DNA of 64,000 nt from an uncultured Chloroflexia bacterium (GCA_963746845.1 CAVVCZ010000006.1:96001-160000), one strand, 5' to 3'. Shown: positions 18,043 through 27,979, counted from the stretch's first letter. Notes: a model not told the origin generated them from the letters alone. A program made the numbers and translations.

Positions 18043-19280
18043 CGAGCGTGCCGGGCGCCGCGGACCTCCTTCGGGACGTCGGGCTGCTCGCGGACGGTCC
18101 CGTCGTGTGGGGGCGGCCGGTGGGTGCCCGGCGGGGCGGGATCTTCCTCGTCGAGCTGCCCGAGCCGCGGCCGACCGCGCCGATCGGGCTGACGCTCGTC
18201 GGCAAGTGGCTCGAGCGGGTGCCGGACCTCCGCCTGGACGGATCCCGCCCGAGCTCGCGCGCGCTGGCCGCGCGTCTGGCGGCGTTCTGGCTGCCGTCAG
18301 CGCGGGTGCTGTACGTCGGCGCGACGGACGGCTCGATCGGCGGGCGGGTGGAGGCGATCCGGGCGACCGTCCTCGGCGATCAACGGCCACACAGTGGCGG
18401 GCACTGGCTCCACACGCTGAACGGGCTCGACAAGGCTCGGGTCTGGTGGGCACCGACCGACGCGGCCGAGGAGTACGAGGACGCGGTCCTCGATGCGTTC
18501 GCGGCGACGGTCCCGGCCGCGGAGCGGGCCGCGCTGCCGGACCCGGTGACGGTGCTGCCGTTCGCGAACCTCCGGACCGCGATGGGTGTCCGGAAGGCGA
18601 CCGGGCTGTCGAACAGCCTGCTGGCGGCCGAGACGGAGCGTCCGACGGTGATCCGACGGGTCGTCGAGCTGCCACCGGGCGCCGCCGAGGGAGCGAGCGG
18701 GATCCCGCCGACCCGGGCCGCCGGCGGGACGGTGCGCCGGGCGCCGCGACCGACGACTCGGGTCGCCACCGGGGCGACCGCGACGGGCACGACCGTCGCG
18801 GCCCGCCCCGCCGCCGAGACGACCTGGATCTCGGCGGACGGTCTCGAACGCCTGCGAGCCGAGCACGCAGAGCTCGTCGGCGTCCGCCGCCCGGAGGTCA
18901 TCGCCCGGATCAAGGCCGCCAAGGAGCTCGGCGACCTGAAGGAGAACGCCGACTACGCCGCGGCGCGCGAGGAGCAGTCGTTCCTGGAGGGCCGCATCGC
19001 GACGATTGAAGGGCTGCTGCGGGCCGCGGTCGTGATCGAGGAACCGGGCGCCGACGGGCGCATCCGCGTCGGATCGAGCGCGTCGGTCGAGGAGATCGGC
19101 GGCGACGGGGAGACCGTCGTGTACCGGATCGTCGGGTCGACCGAGGCGAATCCGGCGGCCGGCCGGATCTCGAACGCGTCACCGGTGGGACGAGCGCTCA
19201 TCGGACGGAGCGTCGGCGACGTCGTCACGGTGACGACGCCCCGCGGGGCGGTCGAGTACCGGATCGTCGCGGTCGAATAG
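18039..19280 (+). CDS. greA: Transcription elongation factor GreA with a long N-terminal GIY-YIG-like domain
   Basis: C-terminal GreA (AKELGDLKENADYAAAREEQ; IVGSTEANP..ISNASPVGRALIG); N-terminal GIF..LYVGAT..R..E..PFAN; GTGA overlap with the VOC stop. Confidence 0.88.
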   Translation: MTSVPGAADLLRDVGLLADGPVVWGRPVGARRGGIFLVELPEPRPTAPIGLTLVGKWLERVPDLRLDGSRPSSRALAARLAAFWLPSARVLYVGATDGSIGGRVEAIRATVLGDQRPHSGGHWLHTLNGLDKARVWWAPTDAAEEYEDAVLDAFAATVPAAERAALPDPVTVLPFANLRTAMGVRKATGLSNSLLAAETERPTVIRRVVELPPGAAEGASGIPPTRAAGGTVRRAPRPTTRVATGATATGTTVAARPAAETTWISADGLERLRAEHAELVGVRRPEVIARIKAAKELGDLKENADYAAAREEQSFLEGRIATIEGLLRAAVVIEEPGADGRIRVGSSASVEEIGGDGETVVYRIVGSTEANPAAGRISNASPVGRALIGRSVGDVVTVTTPRGAVEYRIVAVE

Positions 19281-19492
19281 GCAGACGGCCGGAGCTGCCG
19301 CCAAAGGAGGCGAAGGGAACACGGCCGCGCGGCGCGGTCCCGCGCGGGTCGGCGGGACTGGAATCGGCGGCCGGGATGGGGGGACTCCCGGCCGCGGAGC
19401 TCAGGGTCGCCGCCGGACGGGTCCGGCGGCCACGGGCGATCGTCCGGTCCCGGCCCCGACGTCCGTCGAGGCCCGCGCCCGGCCGATTGTCG

Positions 19493-20158
19493 TCAGTCCC
19501 TGGCCGGTTCGACCAGCTTGTGCTCGACCGCCCAGAGGGCGGCCTGGGTCCGCGACGCGAGCCCGAGCTTGCCGAGGATGTTCGAGACGTAGGTCCGGGC
19601 GGTCCGCTCGGTGATGAACAGCGCGGAGCCGATCTCCTTGTTGCTCATCCCCTGGCCGAGCAGGCTCATGACGTCCTTCTCGCGGTCGGTCAGCGGCTCG
19701 ACGGGCTCGTCCTCGCCGGTCTTCTTCGCGCGCATCCGCTGGGCGAGGAGCCGGGCGACAGCGGGGTCGAGGTGGACCTCGCCCGCATAGGCAGCCCGGA
19801 CGGCGGCGGCGACCTCTTCGGCCTCGGCGTCCTTCAGGACGTAGCCGGAGGCGCCGGCCTCGAGGGCGGCGGTGACCTTCTCTTCCTCGATGAACGAGGT
19901 CATCGTGACGATCTCGATCTCGGGCCGCTCGGCCTTGATCCGGCCGATCGCGGTGACGCCGTCCATGTTCGGCATCAGGAGGTCCATCAGGACGACGTCC
20001 GGCTCGAGCCGGCGGGCCATCGCCACGCCCTCGCTGCCGTCCGCGGCCTCGCCGACGACGGTGATGTCGTCCTGCAGGTCGAAGAACACCCGCAGCCCCA
20101 TCCGGACGACGGAATGGTCGTCGACGATGAGCACGCGGATGCTGGTGTCGTCGGACAC
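19493..20158 (-). CDS. NarL/LuxR family response regulator
   Basis: VLIVDDH..PDVVLMD..GYVLKD receiver; LTDREKDV..SNKEIG..YVSNILGKLG HTH; GGAGG RBS. Confidence 0.96.
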   Translation of the reverse strand: MSDDTSIRVLIVDDHSVVRMGLRVFFDLQDDITVVGEAADGSEGVAMARRLEPDVVLMDLLMPNMDGVTAIGRIKAERPEIEIVTMTSFIEEEKVTAALEAGASGYVLKDAEAEEVAAAVRAAYAGEVHLDPAVARLLAQRMRAKKTGEDEPVEPLTDREKDVMSLLGQGMSNKEIGSALFITERTARTYVSNILGKLGLASRTQAALWAVEHKLVEPARD

Positions 20159-20247
20159 GGTTCCTCCGAGGGCAGCCGGCCGGGAGTGACGGGACGCGGT
20201 GGCGGTCGGCACGGTCGAGTCTAGCAAGGTACGGATCTCCTCTCGGC

Positions 20248-20637
20248 TCACGCGACCGACCGACCCGAGGTCGAGACCACGGCGTCGATCAGCTCGTGCG
20301 GCCGGAATGTCTTTCGAGCGTAGGCATCGGCGCCGCTGGCCAGGTCCGCGGTATCGGACCAGTTGAGGACGAGGACACGGGCGGTCGGAGCGACCACCCG
20401 GATCTTCGCGATCAAGGCGGCACCGGCGTCGACACCCGGCAGGCGGGGATCGACGACGACGACATCGGGTTCGGAGTCCTTGGCGAGGCGAAGGGCGGCG
20501 TCGGCGGTGCCGGCACTGCCCACGACGAGACAGCGTTGACCGATCCGGAGCAAGCCGGCGAGGCTTTCGCGTACGCGATCGTCGGGATCGACGAGAAGCA
20601 CGCGGAGCGGAGCCGGCGCTGCAGCAGAGTCGGTCAT
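20248..20637 (-). CDS. Single-domain response regulator receiver
   Basis: VLLVDPD..PDVVVVDPRLP..GADAYARK. Confidence 0.85.
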   Translation of the reverse strand: MTDSAAAPAPLRVLLVDPDDRVRESLAGLLRIGQRCLVVGSAGTADAALRLAKDSEPDVVVVDPRLPGVDAGAALIAKIRVVAPTARVLVLNWSDTADLASGADAYARKTFRPHELIDAVVSTSGRSVA

Positions 20638-20701
20638 GAGCCGAAGTGTCGGCTCGTTGACACGGCAACCGACAGCGACCGACGTCGAGTCTCGGCCTAC
20701 G

Positions 20702-23700
20702 TCATTCCGCCGATGCGCGGATCGAGGCGACCGTCTCGCCCGACGGGGCGGACTCGTCGGCGGCGCGCGCGATCGCCTCCGGTGGGACGGTCACGACGAT
20801 CGTCGTCCCGTCGCCGATCCGGGAGTCGACGTCGAACCGGGCTCCGATCTTCTCGGCCCGGGCGCGCATCCCCGCGAGCCCCAGGTGGCCGTCCGGCACG
20901 GACGCGGCGTCGAAGCCCTTGCCGTCGTCGCGGATCCGGAGGACGACCGCGCCGCCCTTGCGCCCCACGGTCAGCTCGACCTGCCGGGCGCCGGCGTGCT
21001 TGACGACGTTGTGGAGCGCCTCCTGGGAGATCCGGTACAGGACCTCCTCGAGCGCGAGCGGCAACCGGTCGCCGAGGTCGCTCGTCACGACGATCGGCAG
21101 CCCGATCCGGCCCTGGAGGGCCGACGCGTGGGTCCGGAGGGCCAGCAGCAGGCCGTCGTTCTCGAGGTTGCCGGGGCGCAGCTCGAAGATCAGCGCCCGC
21201 ATCTCGGCGAGGGCCTCACGCTGGAGATCGCGGAGGGAGCCCAGCTTCTCCTTGGCGGCGGCCGGATCGCGGTCCACGAGCAGCTCCGTGCTCCGCGTGA
21301 TCAGGGTCATGCTGAACAGGGCCTGGGTGACCGAGTCGTGGAGCTCTCGGGCGAGGTGGGCGCGCTCCTGGCTCGACGCGAGCTCGCCCGCCTGGCGCAT
21401 CAGGTCGCGCTCGAGACGCTCGCGCTCGGTGATGTCGCGGGTCGCGCCGTGGATGCCGGTGAAGACACCGTCGACGGTCGCGCCGATCGAGCTGACCTCG
21501 ACCGCGACGGTCCCGCCGTCCTTGCGCAACAGCTCGAGCTTCACGACCTGGCGGGCCGACGGCTCGGCGACCAGCTGGGTCCAGCGGTCCACGGCAACCT
21601 CGAGCGACGCGGGATCGATGATCCGCGAGAAGTGCTGGCCGACCAGCTCGGTCTGGAGGTAGCCGGTCATCGTCTCGATCGTCTCGGACAGGAACGTGAA
21701 CACGCCCTGGTCGTCCGTGGAGAAGACGACGTCCGGGGCGTTCTCGACGAGGAACCGGTAGCGCTCCTCGGATTCGCGCAGCTCGCGCTCGAGGCGCGTC
21801 TGCTCGCTCATGTCGCGGACGCTCCCGTTCGCGCCCCCGAAGTGGCCGGTCTCGTCGCGGGTCGCGAACGCGATGAACTCGGTCGGGATCGGGTGACCGT
21901 CCTTGTGGAGCAGGTTCACCCGGCCACGGAGCTCCCGCCCGCCGCTGCCGTCGTCGGCGGCCAGCCCGACCGTCCAGTCGATCTCCGCGACCTCGCGCGA
22001 GGACTCGTGGACGAGGGCCCCGAAGTGCTTGCCGAGGAGCTCGTCGGCACCCCAGCCGGTCAGGCGCCGGCTCGTCGAGTCGGAGACGAACGTGAACCGG
22101 GCGTCGGCGTCGATCGACCAGACGAGGTCCGGCGAGTTCTGGACGAGGTTGCGGTAGCGCGCCTCGGACTCGCCGAGGAGCTCGTACAGGTTGGCGTTGG
22201 TCAGGGCGATCGCGGCCTGGTCGGCCAGGCCCTGGAGGAGGTCCAGCTCGTCGGGCAGGATCTCCCGCGGCCGGGCGTACGAGACCGCGAGCGTGCCGAT
22301 CACCTCGCCCGCGGGTGCCCGGAGTGGCGCCGCGGCGAGGGCCCGGAGCTGAAGCCGCTCGGCCGCGAGCTCGTCGTCGGGCTCGTGCGGGATCCGGGGG
22401 TCGTTCGCGTAGTCGTACGTCCAGACCGGCTGGACCTCGAGGGCAGCCAGGCCGTTGATCCCACCGCCGAGCGGGAACTGCATGCCCTTCAGCCAGTCCT
22501 CGGTGTCGCTGTCCATGCCGCCCGCGACGATGACCGGCACGAGGAAGGTGCCGTCGTCGGACATCCGGGTGAGGTGGGCGCCGTCGGACCCCAGCAGCCG
22601 GCGCGACTCCTCGACGACCCGGGCCAGGAGCTCGCCTGGATCGCCGAGCGAGGTGATCCGCGAGGCGATGTCCCGGAGCGATCGCTCGGTTTCCGCGCGC
22701 GCCGCGAGCTCGCGCTGCGAGCGCTCCAGCTCGTCGATCAGCCGGGCATTGAGCATCGCGATCGCCGCCTGGTCTGCCAGGGCGCCAAGGAGGTTCGCCT
22801 CGTCCGCCCCGAACGTGCCGGGCGTCGACGAGAAGACCGCGAGCGTGCCGAGCGCACCGCGCTCGGACACGAGCGGCGCGATCGCGATCGCCCGAAGCCC
22901 GATCTCCTTCGCGACCGCCGCGCCGTCGGCATCGGGCGCGAAGCGCGGGTCGCCGAGGTAGTCGATCGTGAAGAGGGGCGCTCGCCCGGCGATCGTCCGG
23001 CGGACGATGTCCTCGCCGACGCGCGTCGTCTCCCAGCGCCGGCTGCGCTCCTCGTCGAGGCCGCCGACGTAGCCCATCGCGATCGTTCCACTGATCGGGT
23101 CGAGCAGGTCGATGATCGCCCCGTCCGAGCCGAGCAGGCGGGCGGCCTCGTCGGCGACGTGCTGGAGCAGCTCGGGCGTGTCACGGATCGCGGTGATCCG
23201 GGCCGCGATCTCACGCAGGGAGCGTTCGGCCTCGGCGCGCCGGCTGATGTCCCGGCGCGACTGGTTCAGCTCCTCGATGAGGCGCGTGTTCGTGATCGCG
23301 ATCGCGGCCTGGGCGGCGAGCGAACGGATGACGCCGGCATCATCCGCGTCGAACGCCCCGGAGGCGCGGGAGTAGACCTCGAGCGCTCCGAGCGGACCGG
23401 CTTCCCCGCTGATCGGGGCGATGATCATCGAGCGGAAGCCGGTCACCCCGAAGAACCGGTCGTTGACCGCGGACGGCGGGAAGTGCAGCCCGAGATCGTC
23501 GCTGGCGGTCACCAGCCGGTTCTCGGCCACCGCGACGCCGGTCGCCCCGACGCCGACCGGGATCGTCAGCTCGGCGATCTCCTCCGGCGTGAACAGCGCG
23601 CCGATGCCCGAGTCGTAGGTCCAGCGCAGCACTCCGGCGCCCGGGTCGAGGAGGTCGAGCACGGACCCGTCCGCGCCCACGAGCCGCTGCGCGGCGTCGA

Positions 23701-26686
23701 CGACCTGCTGGAGAAGCGATCGCGGGTCGCGGGTCGCGGTGATCTCGGCGGCGATCTCACGGAGCGACTGCTCCGCGTCCGCGCGCCGCGCGAGCTCCGT
23801 CGACGACCGGTCGAGCTCCTCGATCAGGCGGGCGTTCTGGATCGCGATCGCCGCCTGGTCGGCGAGTCCCTGGAGCAGGTCCGCCTGGGCCTCCGTGTAC
23901 TGGTCGGGCTGCACGCTGCTGACCGAGATCGACCCGAGCGACCCGGATTCGCCGCGGAGGGGCGCCGCGAGGACGGACCGGAAGCCGGTCGCCCGGACGA
24001 GCGCATCGGACCGTGCGACGTGCTCGAACCGGGTGTCGACGAGGTAGTCGCCCGACCGGAAGGCCTCGCCCGTGGCAACGGTGCGGCCGGCGATCCCCTC
24101 CCCCAACCGGAACTCGCGGTCGAACCCCTCCTCGCGGGTCCGGATCGCGTCCTCGCCGGAGGCGTAGGCCCAGCGCAGCGTCACCCCGTCGTCGTCGAGC
24201 ATGTCGATCCGGGCCGACGTCGAGTCGAGGAGCCGCCGCGCCTCGTCGACGGTCTGCTGGAGGATCGCATCGGTGTCACGGAGGGCAGAGATGTTCGCCG
24301 CGATCTCGCGGACGGCACGCTCGGCGTCGGCGCGACGGGAGATCTCGACCTTCGAGCGGCCGAGCTCGTCGATCAGGCGGGCGTTCTGGATCGCGACGAC
24401 GACCTGGTCCGCGAAGGCCGCCATCAGCTTGGCGTCCTCGTCGTCGAAGGCGTCGCGCCGGGTGGTGGCGACCTTCAGGACGCCGAGGAGCGTGGACTCC
24501 GACAGGAGCGGCGTCGCGACGACGGACTTGATCCCGACCTTCCTGACGTAGGCATCCGACTCGGGGACGTGCAGGATCCGGGCGTCATCGAGGTAGTCGC
24601 CGGTCACGACGACGCCACGCTCGACGATCGCCGCCGCGTTGATCCCCATCTCGGCCGCGGCCCCCTCGTGCGCGCCCGGGAGATCCAGCCCGAACTCCCC
24701 CTCGCCGGAGGCGGTCGTCCAGCGGATCAGGCCGGTCGCCGGGTCGACGATGTCGAGCTGGGAGCGCTCGGCCGACAGGAGCCGCCGGGCCGCGTCCGTG
24801 ACCTGCTGCAGGAGCTCCGACGGGTCGCGGATCGCCGTGATCGTCGTGGCGATCTCGCGCAGCTCCTGCTCCGCGCGGGCGCGCCGGCGGATCTCCTCCC
24901 CCGAGCGCTCGAGAGCCTCGATCAGGCGCGAGTTGCGGATCGCGATCGCGGCCTGGTGGGCGAGCGCCTCGACGAGCGCGACCTGCTCGGGCTCGAACGC
25001 GGCGATCTCGCTCGCGCCGACCTGGAGCACGCCGAGCATGGCGTCCTCGACGATCAGCGGGGTGATGACCAGGGACCGGACGCCGTCCTGCCCGACGGCC
25101 GCGTCCAGCTCGGGGTCGTGGGTGAACGACAGGTCCGCGAAGTAGTCGTCGACGACCACCGTCCTCCGCTGGTCGATGGCCTGGCCCGACGCCCCGTAGT
25201 GGTACGGCTCGCCGACCTCGTCGACGGCGGCCCCGCCGATGTGGCGCCCGGCCCCGAGGAACGTGTAGCCGACGCGGCCCGCGCCGCGGCCGATCAGGTC
25301 GATCCGGACACGTTCGGCGTGGAGCAGCCGGGCGGTCTCGTCGACAACGTCCTGGAGGAGGTCCGACGGGTCGCGGATCGCGGTGATCCGGGCCGCGATC
25401 TCGCGGAGGGCGCGCTCCTCGTCGGCCCGCTGCCGCTCGGCGGCCCGCGAAGCCGCCAGCGCCTCGATCAGGCGGGCGTTGGTCATCGCGATCGCGGCCT
25501 GTCCGGCCAGCGCCTCGAGCAGGCCGGCATCGGCCTCGTTGAACGCGTCGACCTCGCCGGTGTAGACGGTCAGCGTCCCGAGCGGACCGCGGTCGCCGAC
25601 GAGCGGCACCGCCACCACGGAGCGGATCTGGTACCGACGGACATGCTCGTCCGGCGCGGAGGCGTGCTCGAAGCGGTCGTCGGCCAGATAGTCGCCGGTG
25701 ACGACGGGCCGGAGCTCGCGCACCGCCCGGCCGGAGAGCCCCTCGCCGGCCTTCGCTTCGCCCGTCCCGCCGATCGGGCCCATCCCGGGCCGCCGGCCCG
25801 TCGTGGCGTCGTAGGCCCAGTACAGGGCGCCATCGCGCTCGCTCAACAGGTCGATCCGGGCGCCGTCGGCGCCCAGCAGGGCGGCCGCCTCGTCGACGGC
25901 GAGCTGGAGGACCTCCGCGGGGTCGCGCAGGGCGGTGATCCGGGCGGCGATCTCGCGCAGCGCCCGCTCCGTCTCGGCGCGCCGCTCGACCTCGGCCCGC
26001 GAGCGGTCCAGCTGGTCGATCAGCTCGGCGTTGGCGATGGCAAGCGTCGCGTGGTCCGCGAGGGCCTTGACCAGGGCGATCTCGGCTTCGCCGTAGGCGC
26101 CGACCCGCGGCGTGTAGGTGCCCATCGCCCCGAAGACACGGTCGCCGGCGATCATCGGCGCGACGATGAACGAGCGGATCCCGAGCGTCCGGACGAGACG
26201 GTCCGCGCCCTCGAAGTGGACGAAGGACGGGTCGTTCGGGTAGTCGTCGCTGATGACGGTCCGGCGTTCGGCGACGGCTCGCCCGAACATCCCGGCGCCC
26301 GGCTCGACACGCAGCTGGCGGACCCACCGGCGCCGCCGGTCGTCGGTGATCCCCGCGTCGTCGGCGAACTGGAGGATGCCCGTCGCGGGGTCGAGGAGAT
26401 ACGCGAGCGCGCCGGCAGAGTGCAGGAGCCGGGCGGCCTCCTCCAGGGCGTGGTGGAGGATCGCCTGGTTCTCGGGAGTGACCAGCCCGGCCGCGTCGGA
26501 CGAGAGGTCGAGCCCGTCGCCGCCGTGCCCGTCGAGGTCGGCGACGGTCGGATCGGCCTCGATCGGGGTCGTCGTCGAGGGTTTCTTCGCCTTCGGCTTC
26601 GTCGGCTCGGGCTTCGCCGGCTTCGGAGGCTGAGTCGGCTTCGCATCCCGGCGCCCTGGCGCGCGACGCGGACGGGTGGTGGCCAC
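20702..26686 (-). CDS. Giant cytoplasmic sensor histidine kinase (8 GAF + 2 PAS + HisKA_3 + HATPase)
   Basis: Eight repeats running L..(v)deAarLL...A.(Q/H)..(I/V)A(I/M/L).N; two PAS domains (NSPDLVW, NAPDVVF); ERAHLARELHDSVTQ, QEALHNVVKHA, DDGKGF, HLGLAGMRARA; leaderless TATCCT 6 nt before GTG. Confidence 0.93.
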   Translation of the reverse strand: MATTRPRRAPGRRDAKPTQPPKPAKPEPTKPKAKKPSTTTPIEADPTVADLDGHGGDGLDLSSDAAGLVTPENQAILHHALEEAARLLHSAGALAYLLDPATGILQFADDAGITDDRRRRWVRQLRVEPGAGMFGRAVAERRTVISDDYPNDPSFVHFEGADRLVRTLGIRSFIVAPMIAGDRVFGAMGTYTPRVGAYGEAEIALVKALADHATLAIANAELIDQLDRSRAEVERRAETERALREIAARITALRDPAEVLQLAVDEAAALLGADGARIDLLSERDGALYWAYDATTGRRPGMGPIGGTGEAKAGEGLSGRAVRELRPVVTGDYLADDRFEHASAPDEHVRRYQIRSVVAVPLVGDRGPLGTLTVYTGEVDAFNEADAGLLEALAGQAAIAMTNARLIEALAASRAAERQRADEERALREIAARITAIRDPSDLLQDVVDETARLLHAERVRIDLIGRGAGRVGYTFLGAGRHIGGAAVDEVGEPYHYGASGQAIDQRRTVVVDDYFADLSFTHDPELDAAVGQDGVRSLVITPLIVEDAMLGVLQVGASEIAAFEPEQVALVEALAHQAAIAIRNSRLIEALERSGEEIRRRARAEQELREIATTITAIRDPSELLQQVTDAARRLLSAERSQLDIVDPATGLIRWTTASGEGEFGLDLPGAHEGAAAEMGINAAAIVERGVVVTGDYLDDARILHVPESDAYVRKVGIKSVVATPLLSESTLLGVLKVATTRRDAFDDEDAKLMAAFADQVVVAIQNARLIDELGRSKVEISRRADAERAVREIAANISALRDTDAILQQTVDEARRLLDSTSARIDMLDDDGVTLRWAYASGEDAIRTREEGFDREFRLGEGIAGRTVATGEAFRSGDYLVDTRFEHVARSDALVRATGFRSVLAAPLRGESGSLGSISVSSVQPDQYTEAQADLLQGLADQAAIAIQNARLIEELDRSSTELARRADAEQSLREIAAEITATRDPRSLLQQVVDAAQRLVGADGSVLDLLDPGAGVLRWTYDSGIGALFTPEEIAELTIPVGVGATGVAVAENRLVTASDDLGLHFPPSAVNDRFFGVTGFRSMIIAPISGEAGPLGALEVYSRASGAFDADDAGVIRSLAAQAAIAITNTRLIEELNQSRRDISRRAEAERSLREIAARITAIRDTPELLQHVADEAARLLGSDGAIIDLLDPISGTIAMGYVGGLDEERSRRWETTRVGEDIVRRTIAGRAPLFTIDYLGDPRFAPDADGAAVAKEIGLRAIAIAPLVSERGALGTLAVFSSTPGTFGADEANLLGALADQAAIAMLNARLIDELERSQRELAARAETERSLRDIASRITSLGDPGELLARVVEESRRLLGSDGAHLTRMSDDGTFLVPVIVAGGMDSDTEDWLKGMQFPLGGGINGLAALEVQPVWTYDYANDPRIPHEPDDELAAERLQLRALAAAPLRAPAGEVIGTLAVSYARPREILPDELDLLQGLADQAAIALTNANLYELLGESEARYRNLVQNSPDLVWSIDADARFTFVSDSTSRRLTGWGADELLGKHFGALVHESSREVAEIDWTVGLAADDGSGGRELRGRVNLLHKDGHPIPTEFIAFATRDETGHFGGANGSVRDMSEQTRLERELRESEERYRFLVENAPDVVFSTDDQGVFTFLSETIETMTGYLQTELVGQHFSRIIDPASLEVAVDRWTQLVAEPSARQVVKLELLRKDGGTVAVEVSSIGATVDGVFTGIHGATRDITERERLERDLMRQAGELASSQERAHLARELHDSVTQALFSMTLITRSTELLVDRDPAAAKEKLGSLRDLQREALAEMRALIFELRPGNLENDGLLLALRTHASALQGRIGLPIVVTSDLGDRLPLALEEVLYRISQEALHNVVKHAGARQVELTVGRKGGAVVLRIRDDGKGFDAASVPDGHLGLAGMRARAEKIGARFDVDSRIGDGTTIVVTVPPEAIARAADESAPSGETVASIRASAE

Positions 26687-26937
26687 GACCTGAGGATATC
26701 CGACCGTTTTCGCTTCCCGCGATCGACCGTGGGCGGGCCCGTCTACGTCATTCGTCGCGTTCCGAGGTCGTCTGGTCGCCGAGCGGAGACGGCCCATCGA
26801 CGGTCGGCGGCCGCGGCCAACGTCACGCCGCCTTGTCGACGGCAGCCGACGGCCGGTGCCACGACCCGGGATCGACGATGCGACCCGACGCCGACGAACC
26901 GGCGACACCCCCTCCACCACAGAGGTACCGCTCCGCC

Positions 26938-27363
26938 ATGAACCCCCGCAGCAGCCTGCGCCCGCTCGACGTGGTCATCCGGATCGCGATCGTCGGTCTC
27001 GTCCTCGGCACCGCCTACATCCACTCGACGCTCGGCGGTCTCCTGTTCACGCTCAACGCCACCGGCTATCTTGTCGCCGCAGTCGCGATCGTCATCCCGC
27101 TCGGGCTCGCGATCCGCTTCCGCTGGTTCATCCGCCTGGGCCTCATGGGCTACGCGGCGACCGCGATCGTCGCCTGGGCCATCCAGGGTCCGTACTACAC
27201 CACCGCCTACATCGCGAAGGCGATCGAGGTCACGCTGATCCTCCTGCTGGCGGTCGACTTCGCCCGCATGGACGGCAACCCGATCAACGTCGTCAAGAGC
27301 GAGCTCGGCCTGCTGGCCTCGAAGATGGGTCGCCGCCCGGCCACGAGCCAGGCCGGCGCCTGA
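26938..27363 (+). CDS. Hypothetical 4-TM membrane protein
   Basis: AGAGG RBS-like sequence; TM helices; His in AYIHSTLGG. Confidence 0.75.
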   Translation: MNPRSSLRPLDVVIRIAIVGLVLGTAYIHSTLGGLLFTLNATGYLVAAVAIVIPLGLAIRFRWFIRLGLMGYAATAIVAWAIQGPYYTTAYIAKAIEVTLILLLAVDFARMDGNPINVVKSELGLLASKMGRRPATSQAGA

Positions 27364-27440
27364 TCCCACAGCCCACGGGACCCGATCCGCTCGGGTCGGG
27401 TCCCGACCTCCAACCCCGTCGCATCACGGAGCTGCCAGAC

Positions 27441-27821
27441 ATGAAGCGCCTCGTCCTCACGCTCGGGCTCGTCGCCATCGCCGCGATCAGCGCGGCCTGC
27501 TCGACCGCCGCCGCCCAGCCCGCCCCGTCCGGCCCGATCGACCCGAACGGCCCGACCATCGTCGCCAAGGACATGAAGTTCCAGACGCCGTCGGTCGAGG
27601 TCAAGGCCGGCGAGAACGTCACGATCCACTTCGACAACCAGGACTCCGCGCCGCACAACGTCGGGATCTACGCCGACAGCAGCGCGTCCAAGTCGATCTC
27701 GGTGGGCGAAGTCGTGAGCTCCGCCAAGGCCGACCAGGTCGTGCCGGCGCTCCAGCCCGGGACGTACTTCTTCCGGTGCGACGTCCACCACGACATGACG
27801 GGGACGATCGTCGCCAAGTAA
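27441..27821 (+). CDS. Cupredoxin (plastocyanin/azurin-like) lipoprotein
   Basis: Lipobox SAAC; type-1 Cu ligands PHNV and FFRCDVHHDM. Confidence 0.9.
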   Translation: MKRLVLTLGLVAIAAISAACSTAAAQPAPSGPIDPNGPTIVAKDMKFQTPSVEVKAGENVTIHFDNQDSAPHNVGIYADSSASKSISVGEVVSSAKADQVVPALQPGTYFFRCDVHHDMTGTIVAK

Positions 27822-27848
27822 GGCGCACCGGCGGCTCCCGCACCCGTT

Positions 27849-27880
27849 GGCGACCCCGGGCCTTCTGGCCCGGGGTCGTC
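27849..27880 (+). terminator. Stem-loop terminator after the cupredoxin gene
   Basis: GGCGACCCCGGGCC-TTCT-GGCCCGGGGTCGTC. Confidence 0.7.
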
Positions 27881-27941
27881 GGATTCCCCGGGACAATGGG
27901 GCCGGTTACCCGCGGTCTCGAGATCTTGCCGACCTGACCTC

Positions 27942-27979
27942 TTGACAGGCGTTCGCGACGATGTATTGTATTAATACAA
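27942..27979 (+). promoter_or_regulatory. Sigma70-type promoter with a perfect palindromic operator
   Basis: TTGACA at 27942-27947, TATTGT -10, perfect palindrome TTGTATTAATACAA at 27966-27979 in an otherwise GC-rich region. Confidence 0.75.

Noticed and set aside
20636-26941. 2101-aa plus-strand ORF
   Set aside because: It is the antisense shadow of the histidine kinase, caused by high-GC codon bias, and has no recognisable motifs. The same applies to most long R/G/P-rich ORFs in the track.
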